Positions 9,334-18,802 are shown, counted from the stretch's first letter. The stretch: DNA of 64,000 bases from Mycoplasmatota bacterium (GCA_018394315.1 CP074575.1:372001-436000), one strand, 5' to 3'. A program made the numbers and translations. Notes: a model not told the origin generated them from the letters alone.

Positions 9334-10314
9334 TTACAAATTATCAAAATTACTATATCTTTCTTTTAATTCCATTAGTCTGTCTTTACATAATAAGATT
9401 ATAATCAAACATTCAATGATATCTATTGTTTCTATATAATCTATATCAAATGAACCTTCTTTCAAAAGATTATCTATAAACTCATTCAAATCATTAACTA
9501 TCTTATCTTCAACACTATAATTATAAACTTTAAGTGAATGAAGTGAAAAATTTCTTAGCGATAGATGGTCATATTTATTACTCTTAATCGATGTAACAAT
9601 TTTTGAATAGGCTATATTTAACGCTGATATCAATCCAGCAATTTGAAAACTTCTACCTTTATTATCAATTAACTTTTTCAAATGCATTTTTGCTGCAAAA
9701 TCCAAGATCTCTTGATCGGCTTGAAGAACAAATTCAAATGCATCTGAACTGTCATCATATGCTAATTTATAAACTACATCAGAAGAGTATTTATTTATAA
9801 TTCCAATAGCAATATCATTTGATAACATTACTTCTAAACTTTCTTCCCCAACAAATACATTAATTTCATTTTCAGTATCAAGAGCTTTTTGACTGTTAAT
9901 CACTAATCTTCCTTGCCTTATGATTGTTTGAGTAATCATAAACAAGACTGATAATAAAAATACGTATATAGTAATGAAGGTGTATAAAAGATGTAAATTT
10001 GTCAATTTGAATATTAATACTAAAAATAACGATATGATAAATGATACAGAAATCTTTCTTATACATTTCTTAAAAGCATGCCAAACTATAACAACTATTA
10101 TTTTAGAGTAAAGATGCCATTTTGGATACTTGCGCTCAATATCCATTAGTTTACTAGAATAAAAGTGTATTAATAAGGTATATAAAAATATTGTATTAAT
10201 TCTTTCATTGTCCTTCATCATGGTATGAGTTTCTCTTAAACTAGTTTTATAGAAGTCATCTACATAAGATGTAAATCGACTATTTATATGCGATAATTCA
10301 GACGCCAAATACAT
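9334..10314 (-). CDS. Unknown membrane protein, copy B (start moved to ATG 10314)
   Basis: Differs from copy A at 2 residues by manual comparison. Confidence 0.75.
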   Translation of the reverse strand: MYLASELSHINSRFTSYVDDFYKTSLRETHTMMKDNERINTIFLYTLLIHFYSSKLMDIERKYPKWHLYSKIIVVIVWHAFKKCIRKISVSFIISLFLVLIFKLTNLHLLYTFITIYVFLLSVLFMITQTIIRQGRLVINSQKALDTENEINVFVGEESLEVMLSNDIAIGIINKYSSDVVYKLAYDDSSDAFEFVLQADQEILDFAAKMHLKKLIDNKGRSFQIAGLISALNIAYSKIVTSIKSNKYDHLSLRNFSLHSLKVYNYSVEDKIVNDLNEFIDNLLKEGSFDIDYIETIDIIECLIIILLCKDRLMELKERYSNFDNL

Positions 10315-11599
10315 TATTACTCCATATTTGTTCTTCAAAACGATTAAACTCTCTAGGTTTTCCATACCAAAAACCTTGAACTAAATTTAAATCATATTTA
10401 ATAAGCGCGTGTAATTCATCTACTTTTTCAATTTTTGTAACAATAACTTGTACTCCTTTAGATACAAGAAATTCTATAAACTTTGAAAATTCTGGTTTCT
10501 TGTAATGGTCAGTTGTTATTTTTATCATATCATAAGGGAATTTTCCATGGATCTCAATTAACTCTTCGAAGTTAAACGTTATATTATCTATACATACCTT
10601 AAACCCTATGTCTTGTATTTTTCTTAGGCTAGAAATACATTCATTATTATTGAAGGTAATCATATCAATATGAATTAAAATATTATTGACGGGAACTTCT
10701 TTATATCTTCGAATCAAGTTATCAAGCCTTTTCACGAATGAATCACTCAATGATTCTTTTGCAACTTTGATTCCTATAATGAAATTTTCATCAACTAAAT
10801 TCTTATTGAGTAATTTTAAATAATTTTTAAATGCATCCTCAGCTATACTAAAGTCTACATTTGAAATTAGATTTCTTTTAATAGCTAATGGTATAAACAC
10901 ATTAGGATTTAAAACTTTATCCTTATTTTTCCATCTTGCAAGTGTTTCAAAACCTACAATCTTGACCTTTTTAGTATCATATATACATAAATAATGAGAG
11001 ATTATCTTATTTGAGTCATCAATTCCATAACTTTTTTCTACGTTATTTGGGTTATCCAAATTTATTAAATTATAATTGGTGTTCCTATTTTTAGCTATAT
11101 GACAACTACTAATAACTATGTCTAGTAACTCTTCTGAATTCGTTGGCAGAGACTTACTAACGGCAGCTCCTATGTGAAACTTAAGCTTGATCTTTCTATT
11201 ATCAATCTTAATATTTTTGTTTAAGTTATTTATTAATCTATCAGCTAACTGATGATGATTTATTTTTGTATTTGCATTTACTAATACGTACTTTTCATCA
11301 GAAAAATAAAATAAACTAAACTTATATTCTTTAGAGTACTTCTTTAATATAGAGATTAATTTACCTCTTATAATGCTTTTTTCATTATCCGTGTACACAT
11401 TTTCTTTTAATTCGCTCATCTCTATATATAATACAAATCCAACATTATTTTTCTTTAAATGCCTATAAAATGAAAACCTACTCAGAATAGAATATCTTCT
11501 GTTATATAAAATAGATTTTTGTAAAGTAATTTTCGTTAAAAAGTAAAAAATAATCGGAGTTATTATTATTAAAATATAATATATATATTCTTTCGGCAT
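10298..11599 (-). CDS. Membrane-anchored degenerate GGDEF-EAL domain protein, copy B
   Basis: Same motifs as copy A (SDEKY, GFETLARW, VQGFWYGKP). Confidence 0.85.
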   Translation of the reverse strand: MPKEYIYYILIIITPIIFYFLTKITLQKSILYNRRYSILSRFSFYRHLKKNNVGFVLYIEMSELKENVYTDNEKSIIRGKLISILKKYSKEYKFSLFYFSDEKYVLVNANTKINHHQLADRLINNLNKNIKIDNRKIKLKFHIGAAVSKSLPTNSEELLDIVISSCHIAKNRNTNYNLINLDNPNNVEKSYGIDDSNKIISHYLCIYDTKKVKIVGFETLARWKNKDKVLNPNVFIPLAIKRNLISNVDFSIAEDAFKNYLKLLNKNLVDENFIIGIKVAKESLSDSFVKRLDNLIRRYKEVPVNNILIHIDMITFNNNECISSLRKIQDIGFKVCIDNITFNFEELIEIHGKFPYDMIKITTDHYKKPEFSKFIEFLVSKGVQVIVTKIEKVDELHALIKYDLNLVQGFWYGKPREFNRFEEQIWSNNVFGV

Positions 11600-11632
11600 T
11601 TAATCACATCCAGTCATTTTAACTTTAGAAAT

Positions 11633-11667
11633 AAAATCCATCCTAGAATTCTAGAAATGGATTTTTT
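11633..11667 (-). terminator. Terminator-like hairpin, copy B
   Basis: Same stem-loop as 6539-6572. Confidence 0.55.
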
Positions 11668-11674
11668 CAAACAA

Positions 11675-12700
11675 TTAATCTAAAGGTTTTACTAAGTAAC
11701 TACCTTTATTTTTCAATAATACTTTAGTACCTTCACAAATTGCAGTCAATGCGTTATTAGTTATTTTAACATCAACTTGTAATCTATTTGACAAGAAATC
11801 AGCGATACCATGAATTAACGCTCCACCACCATTAACAATAATTCCATCATTGATAATATCGGCTGCTAACTCTGGAGGAGTTTGTTGTAATACTCTTTGA
11901 GCTGTATTTACAATTTCCTCGAACGCTTCTATTAAAACATCTCTAATTTCTTTTTGAGTAACTTCGATTTCTTTTGGTAAACCAGTTAATAAATCTCTAC
12001 CTGCGATCTTCATCGTTTCAGAAGCGCCAGATAACGCTTCATCTAAAGTACCAATCTTCTTTTTAATTTTTTCAGCTGAAATCGAACCGATAAGTACTTG
12101 ATGAGTAAACTGAATATGTTTAATAATCGCTTCATCAAAGAATGTTCCTGCGACACGAATCGATTCAGAAGTTACTATATCACCAAGTGATAACACACCG
12201 ATATCTGTTGATCCTCCACCGATATCAATAACCATAGCTCCCTGAGCTCTAAAAATATCTACACCTGCTCCGATTACTCCAGCTTTGACTTCTTCTTCAA
12301 TAAAACATTCACCAATACCTAGGTCTGAAGCTAGTTCAATTAAAGACTCTCTCTCTATTTGAGTTACTTCTGAAGGGCAGCATAATAGAAGAGTTGATGC
12401 TGAAAGATCATAAGAATCTTTATCTATCTTCTGCAGTACATACTCAATCAAAGTTCCTGCAGATCTAATGTCTGATATTACACCTAAGTGTAAAGGCTTA
12501 GAAATAGTAATTCTATCATGAGTTTTCCCAACCATTTTTGCCGCTTCTTTACCAACAGCAATAGTTTCACCAGTTTCATTATCGTACGCAACTACAGATG
12601 GTTCATTAAATACAACACCTTTCCCCGCTACATACACTAGAGTATTAACTGTACCTAAATCAACACCTATATTTAATCCTTTTTTCTTTTTAGCTTCCAT
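11675..12700 (-). CDS. mreB: MreB-family actin-like protein (paralog 2, copy B)
   Basis: Actin-fold motifs as in copy A. Confidence 0.95.
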   Translation of the reverse strand: MEAKKKKGLNIGVDLGTVNTLVYVAGKGVVFNEPSVVAYDNETGETIAVGKEAAKMVGKTHDRITISKPLHLGVISDIRSAGTLIEYVLQKIDKDSYDLSASTLLLCCPSEVTQIERESLIELASDLGIGECFIEEEVKAGVIGAGVDIFRAQGAMVIDIGGGSTDIGVLSLGDIVTSESIRVAGTFFDEAIIKHIQFTHQVLIGSISAEKIKKKIGTLDEALSGASETMKIAGRDLLTGLPKEIEVTQKEIRDVLIEAFEEIVNTAQRVLQQTPPELAADIINDGIIVNGGGALIHGIADFLSNRLQVDVKITNNALTAICEGTKVLLKNKGSYLVKPLD

Positions 12701-12714
12701 AATTACCCTCCTTC

Positions 12715-13839
12715 TTATTCAGTATCTGCATCTTTTACAAAGTGCCCTCGTGTTTTAAGTAATACTTTGGTACCTAAAACTACCGAAGTTAATGGATTAC
12801 TAGAAACTTTAACTTTTAATCCAAGGTTTTCAGTAAAATACTCAGCAGCATAATCTACTAATGAAACACCACCATTTAATAAGATTCCATCATAATATAT
12901 GTCTGAACATAACTCAGGTGGAGTATCTTTTAATGTAGCAATCATTAAGTTTTTAATGTCATTAAAGATAGGTAATAATACTTCAGTTACGTTTCTTGAT
13001 GTGATTTCTGTATGTCTTGGTAAACCTGTTAATAAATCTCTACCAGCAACTCGCATTGTAGCAACGTCTTTTTTCTCATTTAAAGTTCCTAATTCAATTT
13101 TGATTTTCTCAGCAGTCTTTTGCCCAATCTCAATTTTCAAATGCTGTTTGCAATACTTAATAATTTCATGATCAATAAAATTACCAGCCATTCTTAACGT
13201 TTTAGATAATACAACATCACCTAAGTTAAGAATACCAACATCGGTAGATCCACCACCAATATCAACCACCATTGTACCTCGGTCATTATAGATATCTACA
13301 CCAGATCCTACACAACCAGACTTGATTTCTTCCTCGATATAAACTTCTTCTATCCCTAATTGTTGAGGAAGTTGTAATAAAGCTTTTCTTTCAATTTGAG
13401 TTACCTCTGATGGGCAACACAGTACACCTCTAATTTCAGAGTTGCTTGCATGTAAGTTTACTTTAGAAAACACGAATTTAAGTAAGTCTTTAGCAGCTCT
13501 GATGTCAGAAATAACACCATCTCTTAAAGGTCTAACTATTTTAATTTTATCATGAGTTTTCCCAGTCATGTTATCTGCATCAAACCCGGCTGCAATTACT
13601 TTTCTCGAATCCCTATCGTATGCGACTACAGAAGGTTCATCAAATATGATTCCTTGTCCTTCAACATAGACTAGTAAATTTACCGTTCCGAAGTCGATAC
13701 CAACTCCAACTCTTCTCTCTTCGATGTCTTCATCTGTCTCTTCTAAGACTTCCTCAGTAGTCTCTTCTAAGACTTCTTCAGTAGTCTCCACAGTCTCTAC
13801 AGATTGTACTGATTTTTTTTTAGAATTGATCTTTTGCAT
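12715..13839 (-). CDS. mreB: MreB-family actin-like protein with longer acidic N-terminal extension (paralog 1, copy B; start moved to ATG 13839)
   Basis: Actin-fold motifs; AAGGAG is correctly spaced for ATG 13839 rather than 13848. Confidence 0.95.
   Translation of the reverse strand: MQKINSKKKSVQSVETVETTEEVLEETTEEVLEETDEDIEERRVGVGIDFGTVNLLVYVEGQGIIFDEPSVVAYDRDSRKVIAAGFDADNMTGKTHDKIKIVRPLRDGVISDIRAAKDLLKFVFSKVNLHASNSEIRGVLCCPSEVTQIERKALLQLPQQLGIEEVYIEEEIKSGCVGSGVDIYNDRGTMVVDIGGGSTDVGILNLGDVVLSKTLRMAGNFIDHEIIKYCKQHLKIEIGQKTAEKIKIELGTLNEKKDVATMRVAGRDLLTGLPRHTEITSRNVTEVLLPIFNDIKNLMIATLKDTPPELCSDIYYDGILLNGGVSLVDYAAEYFTENLGLKVKVSSNPLTSVVLGTKVLLKTRGHFVKDADTE
13736..13788. repeat. 24-bp tandem repeat (about 2.2 units) encoding TEEVLEET
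   Basis: gtctcttctaagacttcctcagta / gtctcttctaagacttcttcagta / gtctc. Confidence 0.9.
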
Positions 13840-13907
13840 TATATACATTCTCCTTTCGCCTTGCGATTAATTTATGGCAAATTCTTTGTGGCAAACACTT
13901 AATGTGC

Positions 13908-13936
13908 ATTATATCAAAAACTAACATATTTCGCTA
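13908..13936 (-). promoter_or_regulatory. Promoter of module copy B
   Basis: Minus strand TAGCGA-N17-TATAAT with extended TG. Confidence 0.6.
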
Positions 13937-14583
13937 CTAATAGACACTTAACGACAAAGCATATATAAGTAATTGAATCGACAGAACTTCTACAAAATTT
14001 AGTTATTAGTGAAATCAAGTCGTGAAAAATAGTATTTAATTTATTTTTTTAAAATTAATTAAGTAACGATATTGGTAAAATATGGTAATTTTTCATATTG
14101 TATAACTCACGAAAATACAAAGAATAATAGTAATTTATCTAAGTTATTGAGTCACTCTCTGATATAAGGAGGTTATCGAAATTAGTAGCGTAAAGGATGA
14201 TATGTTAACGCCAAATCAAAATATTTTACGGGCTTCATTTTACCTAAAAAGGTAGGGGACTATAAATTATACTCTTCTCCATAGGAAATTCCAATTCCAG
14301 GCGTACTGGTTCTCCTTGATGGGAAGGATACCAAGAAAGTTTACACAACTGATTATTATTCAACTAATTATAAGTTTACATGTAACGATGTTGAATATTC
14401 TCTCAAAAAAGACTGTTTAAACTTCCTTCAAGAAATATTAGATCAAGTTCATTTACCTAATTTGTTCTTTTGCTTTAGTTCATTCAGGTATCCACTCACA
14501 GATATATATACTCGATATGATTTGCTTTAAATTATTATATTATAAAAAAAAGACAAATATTTGCAGTTTATCATTGCTTATAT

Positions 14584-14612
14584 AATCGAGGAGTAGGAGA
14601 TATTTGAACACT
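14584..14612 (-). repeat. Degenerate copy of tRNA-Ser 3' end (outermost att-like scar)
   Basis: aatcgaggagtaggagatatttgaacact matches 22037-22065 at 25/29; flank attgcttatataa resembles the tRNA downstream flank. Confidence 0.8.
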
Positions 14613-14687
14613 TCCAAATACAACATAACTCATATTGAATTCCAAGTCCTTATATCAATTTACGCGGACTTCAAACATCACGCTAAG

Positions 14688-14720
14688 AAAAAGTAGAAAA
14701 AATCATTTTTTCTACTTTTT
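14688..14720. terminator. Intrinsic terminator
   Basis: aaaaagtagaaaaaa-tca-ttttttctacttttt just past the stop of the 14755 gene. Confidence 0.7.
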
Positions 14721-14754
14721 GTAGTGTCGTCTCTCGTATTTTCGTCCTTATAAG

Positions 14755-15798
14755 CTATAAGATCATCGATTGTTTTGTTGCTATTTTATTTAATTTTTTT
14801 AGATTTATAATAGGGAAAAGTACTGGTAATGTTACAATTACTAAAATCATTAATAATCCTATATCACTAAGACGATAATAACCTTCGATCAATCCTATAA
14901 TGAACACAAAAAGAACAAATATTGGTAGTACACACAACAAACCGATTTGGAATATGATTATTCTCTTCATATACTTTGAGAATATTATAACCCTAGTAAA
15001 CAAGTATGATAGTACCATAAAAGCAAGCAGTGCAGCTAATAGGTACTCTTCTATGTTTACATATGATCTAACAACTAAACCAGCAAAAGATATTATAAAT
15101 ATAATAGAATATATTATCATACAAATGTCAAAGTATAATTTATGTTTACGTAATAATTTTGCATGATAATCTTTCATCTCTTTATTTGCAACTAATTCTT
15201 TTGTTTCCCATCTAGACATAAGCAATAACACAACAGCACATACAGCAATTATAAATTGTGAAAACATAACAAATTCATTTATTGCTAAATTCGTTACTGA
15301 CAGTGCAAGAAGTAGTGTACTTGATATAAACATTGATAATATATAATAAACGTCTTTATCAAAGATTTTTGTAGAGACAAGTGAAAAATAGATGATTTGA
15401 AATATAATAGTAATAAACATTAACCAAGTTATGTATACAGTGTATCCGGATAACCCTCTATAAATCAATTCAAATCCTCTTAAAATAACGCCGTCATTTA
15501 TGAAAGGTAGAAAAAAAACTAATAAAGATATTGATAGTAAAATAATTTTTAATGAGAAAATCCTGTTATTATAATTCTCTTTTCTAGACTTCCTTTCACC
15601 ATCTAGTAGTTCATTAATTGTAATATTATACAATAGACTTAATTTCCGTAAAATCTCAACATCAGGTATCGACTCTCCTCTTTCCCATTTTGAAACAGCT
15701 TGCCCAGATACATTACATAAGTTTGCGATTTCACTTTGAGTAAGACTTCTTTCTTTTCTAAGACTTAATAAAAAATCACCTATAATTTTATTATTCAT
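14755..15798 (-). CDS. XRE-family HTH protein fused to a multi-pass membrane domain (start moved to 15798)
   Basis: LRKERSLTQSEIA...VSGQAVSKWERGESIPD, then several TM helices; GGAGG 6 nt before ATG 15798. Confidence 0.88.
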   Translation of the reverse strand: MNNKIIGDFLLSLRKERSLTQSEIANLCNVSGQAVSKWERGESIPDVEILRKLSLLYNITINELLDGERKSRKENYNNRIFSLKIILLSISLLVFFLPFINDGVILRGFELIYRGLSGYTVYITWLMFITIIFQIIYFSLVSTKIFDKDVYYILSMFISSTLLLALSVTNLAINEFVMFSQFIIAVCAVVLLLMSRWETKELVANKEMKDYHAKLLRKHKLYFDICMIIYSIIFIISFAGLVVRSYVNIEEYLLAALLAFMVLSYLFTRVIIFSKYMKRIIIFQIGLLCVLPIFVLFVFIIGLIEGYYRLSDIGLLMILVIVTLPVLFPIINLKKLNKIATKQSMIL

Positions 15799-15921
15799 AA
15801 TCATCCTCCCTATTAATATTATATATACTATAAATAAAAGATGCAAAGTACTGTAAGTTGTATCTACTAAACCAACAGTTGATATTTTGAAACCCTCATT
15901 GTTTTACAACTAATACGTAGG

Positions 15922-16080
15922 ACAGCACGAGGCCAAAGCGGGTCACCTGTTCATAATATTTCTAACCAGGCAATTGGAATTCATTCTGGAGCTACTTCAA
16001 TTGACCAAGATACAAATAATAGAGCTACCAGAATATCGATAGCTCTAATGAATTAACTGGGAGATAATTATATTAACTAA
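15922..16080 (+). pseudogene. C-terminal remnant of a trypsin-like (V8/glutamyl endopeptidase-type) serine protease
   Basis: Translates to TARGQSGSPVHNISNQAIGIHSG...NNRATRI with the GxSGSP catalytic Ser motif; no start or 5' part. Confidence 0.7.
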
Positions 16081-16367
16081 GTGGTATTTATAGCTATGTT
16101 TCTTCAGCTAACAATATTCGCTTATATAAAAGGAGTGTACTCACCCTTAAAGTTGTGGAGACATTATATACGAACAATGATTATGCCTTCCAATTTCAAA
16201 AGTCGATGTCAGATTGTTACCTTGTTAAATATAGATTTAGAAAATACACTCTAATGTTAGCTATGAAAGAGGAATAATCGATGGAAATGCCACCTCACTA
16301 TGAACATTACTACATAGAATGAATAGAAAGAGGGATTCCCCGAATTACAATAATAACTATAAAGAAT

Positions 16368-16395
16368 AGACCCCAAATAATATTTTGGAGTCTAA
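16368..16395. terminator. Hairpin terminator downstream of the 16458 gene
   Basis: tagaccccaaa / tttggagtcta inverted repeat. Confidence 0.5.
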
Positions 16396-16457
16396 TCCTT
16401 TCTTTAATTTATAAGTTTTTAATTATTATTGAGTAATAAATCATATTTTATCTATAC

Positions 16458-17027
16458 TTAATCGCCAATGATTAAAATAATTTCATTTATCTTTTCTATT
16501 ATATCATCAGCTTGTTGTAAAGCATTTTTATTCACATCATAGTTATGTAACAAATCCATTGCCTCAGCAGTTGGACCAGGGCAATAAATTCCAAGTTCAT
16601 TTCTTGGGTCATCCTTAGGATCATATTTTTCAAATTTATTAGAGAAAATTATCATAATACTTCCTTCTTTAGGTAGATCGTTACTATCGTAACTTATTAA
16701 AACTCCTTCTTCATTAACACCCCCTATTTTTTGTATTACAATCTTGTCTTCCATCTCGCCTTTTAATTTCATCAGAACATCAACAGAATACCTAGTTTTA
16801 GGCATACTTGAACCGTAACCTTCAAATTGAAGAGTTTCTAGTTCTTCAACGATATGTCCTATAAAAATATAATCATACTTTTCTATTTTTTCACTTATAT
16901 CAGTTAAAGGTTCTGGATAATCAGCGTATACTACTACTTCTGGTTGTACTTCATTCTTTGTCTGCTTACATCCAATCATTATAAATGCCAATGCACATAA
17001 AGTGGTAACACATAAGATTTTTTTCAC
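16458..17027 (-). CDS. Hypothetical lipoprotein (start moved to GTG 17027)
   Basis: GGAGGAG ribosome site, MKKILC...MIGC lipobox. Confidence 0.75.
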   Translation of the reverse strand: MKKILCVTTLCALAFIMIGCKQTKNEVQPEVVVYADYPEPLTDISEKIEKYDYIFIGHIVEELETLQFEGYGSSMPKTRYSVDVLMKLKGEMEDKIVIQKIGGVNEEGVLISYDSNDLPKEGSIMIIFSNKFEKYDPKDDPRNELGIYCPGPTAEAMDLLHNYDVNKNALQQADDIIEKINEIILIIGD

Positions 17028-17128
17028 AATATTCTCCTCCTTAACCCCAATTATAAATAGATACACCCCTTTTATTATTATCACATCAAACTTTTTATTT
17101 GATATCTACTAAACGGGGCGCATAAAAC

Positions 17129-17177
17129 CTGTTCGCTATTGCTTATTTAATGGCGGAGTAGGAGAGATTTGAACTCT
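17129..17177 (-). repeat. Copy of tRNA-Ser 3' end plus 22 bp of downstream flank (att-like scar)
   Basis: 17151-17177 is identical to 22039-22065; 17129-17150 matches 22017-22038 at 20/22. Confidence 0.93.
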
Positions 17178-17318
17178 TACGCATTATAATATACTTGTTC
17201 TTTTATTAATTTTTCAACTCATTATAACAAATCACAGTTAAGTTAAACTTAACTCTAAGAAAAAAATAAAACTTTTTAAAATTTTATCTTTTCTTTATTA
17301 TGAATTGAGTTTCTCATT

Positions 17319-17786
17319 TTACTTATCTTTTTCTATAAGCATTTTAACTATTCTATTATACTCACCTTCCTCATACTCTGCTTCAAAGTATGTTCTCCCC
17401 TTGAGTCTTGAATTCATGTATAGAAGATCATCACCCCAAAGTGGACTAAACATAAGAGTATGCCCATCTTCAAGTTTCATAGTAATTTTATATACACAAC
17501 CACGTCCAAGTTCACCAGACCTCTGCTCTGTCAAATTTAATGGAAACTTCAAATTCCCAATATACTCAAACAACTCATCAGCATCTACGACTTCTATTTT
17601 ATGATATAGAACGTCTATAGTTGAAGGGCAGTTAGTTACATCATCAAAAACTGTTATCTCAATAACATCATCAATAGGTATTCTCCCTGGTGTGTTTCCA
17701 TATAGTATAACAATTGTACCTACAATTAAAAACATAACTAACAGAATCACACATAAAGAAATTAGGATCACCTTTATGTCTTTCAT
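17319..17786 (-). CDS. Hypothetical membrane-anchored exported protein (start moved to ATG 17786)
   Basis: GGAGG before MKDIKVILISL; single N-terminal hydrophobic helix. Confidence 0.7.
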   Translation of the reverse strand: MKDIKVILISLCVILLVMFLIVGTIVILYGNTPGRIPIDDVIEITVFDDVTNCPSTIDVLYHKIEVVDADELFEYIGNLKFPLNLTEQRSGELGRGCVYKITMKLEDGHTLMFSPLWGDDLLYMNSRLKGRTYFEAEYEEGEYNRIVKMLIEKDK

Positions 17787-17957
17787 GAATCTTCCTCCAC
17801 TCTCATATAGTATTAATAATTGTTTTTTCTCAAGTTCCCAATCATCAAAACTATTCACTTTATAATCTCTTACAAAAATAATAGACTCTATAAATAGTAT
17901 ACTACATATTGTTTCTGTATATAACAAATTAACCCTCCTAAAGAAGTTATATTAACT

Positions 17958-17985
17958 AAAAAAGGTAAACAACTGTTTACCTTTT
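17958..17985 (-). terminator. Terminator following a displaced tRNA 3' end
   Basis: aaaaggtaaaca-ac-tgtttacctttt. Confidence 0.75.
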
Positions 17986-17998
17986 GAATTATTATAAA

Positions 17999-18026
17999 TG
18001 GCGGAGTAGGAGAGATTTGAACTCTC
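17999..18026 (-). repeat. Exact 28-bp copy of tRNA-Ser 3' end (T-arm to CCA; att-like scar)
   Basis: tggcggagtaggagagatttgaactctc is identical to 22039-22066. Confidence 0.95.
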
Positions 18027-18346
18027 TTGTCTGAAAATCATACTATTTTAATATATATTTTTCAAAGAACAATCATATACTACTCGGTGATTAATGAAGT
18101 TATTAATGGAATATACACTTACCTCAAATACGGGAATATAATATTGAGCCTTCATCTAATCACCTACTACCATTATAAGATTTACACGGAAAGAAACGTT
18201 CTGTTCAAAAAAAAGTAGAAATAATTATAATTTCTTTCTACTTTTCATCTATATTCCTTTCAATTAATGTATATTTGATTTGACCAGTGAAGTTCATAAC
18301 CTAACGGTGTCGGAGACCGAAACCACACATATATCTCTTTAATTGT

Positions 18347-18802
18347 TTATATAGGTAACTCTTTGTTAACTTTTTTTATTGGTTCTATAGTAGCTATTTC
18401 GCCATCTCTATTTGTTAGATTTTCGAGTTCTTGACCAAAATGATTTATAGAGGCAATATCAGTAATAAGAACATTTTTACTGTGCATATAATACTCTTCA
18501 TATTTTTGCTCATTACTACTCATTTCTATATCACACTGTATATGTCCATTCCAATTCTTTAATTTCATTCTAATTCTCAAAAATCCTATTCCAAAACGGC
18601 CTCCTTTACCTAATTCACCAAATACTATTTCTTTGACGTCTGTTTCACTTCTTGGAAACCACTCAGATAATTCTTTTGACAGCTCACTGACTTTAGCTTC
18701 CGAAGTGTACAAATATACTCTACTTTTAACATCTACAGAATGTGTAGTGACTTGTAATTCTATCATATAGACATCAGACCATACTCTCTTAAACTCAATC
18801 AT
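18347..18802 (-). CDS. Hypothetical protein
   Basis: 151-aa ORF with AAGGAG ribosome site. Confidence 0.75.
   Translation of the reverse strand: MIEFKRVWSDVYMIELQVTTHSVDVKSRVYLYTSEAKVSELSKELSEWFPRSETDVKEIVFGELGKGGRFGIGFLRIRMKLKNWNGHIQCDIEMSSNEQKYEEYYMHSKNVLITDIASINHFGQELENLTNRDGEIATIEPIKKVNKELPI

Larger units (their letters stand above)
9334..13936 (-). repeat. Copy B of duplicated mreB-mreB-GGDEF/EAL-membrane protein module
   Basis: Colinear with 4240-8780. Confidence 0.95.

Noticed and set aside
4240..13936. Duplication as a simple assembly artefact
   Set aside because: Copies differ by many synonymous and conservative changes and an indel, and have different flanks.
13861..14280. c-di-GMP riboswitch upstream of the mreB module
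   Set aside because: GGCAAA words are on the wrong strand for the operon, and the GNRA tetraloop/receptor two-stem pattern is not found.
18027..18218. 63-aa plus-strand ORF
   Set aside because: Its apparent ribosome site is the tRNA fragment, the start is TTG and it ends in a terminator hairpin; no protein features.
18296..18352. Integron attC site (GTTAGGT on the minus strand after a stop codon)
   Set aside because: No matching inverse core or paired arms, no similar sites after the neighbouring genes and no intI.
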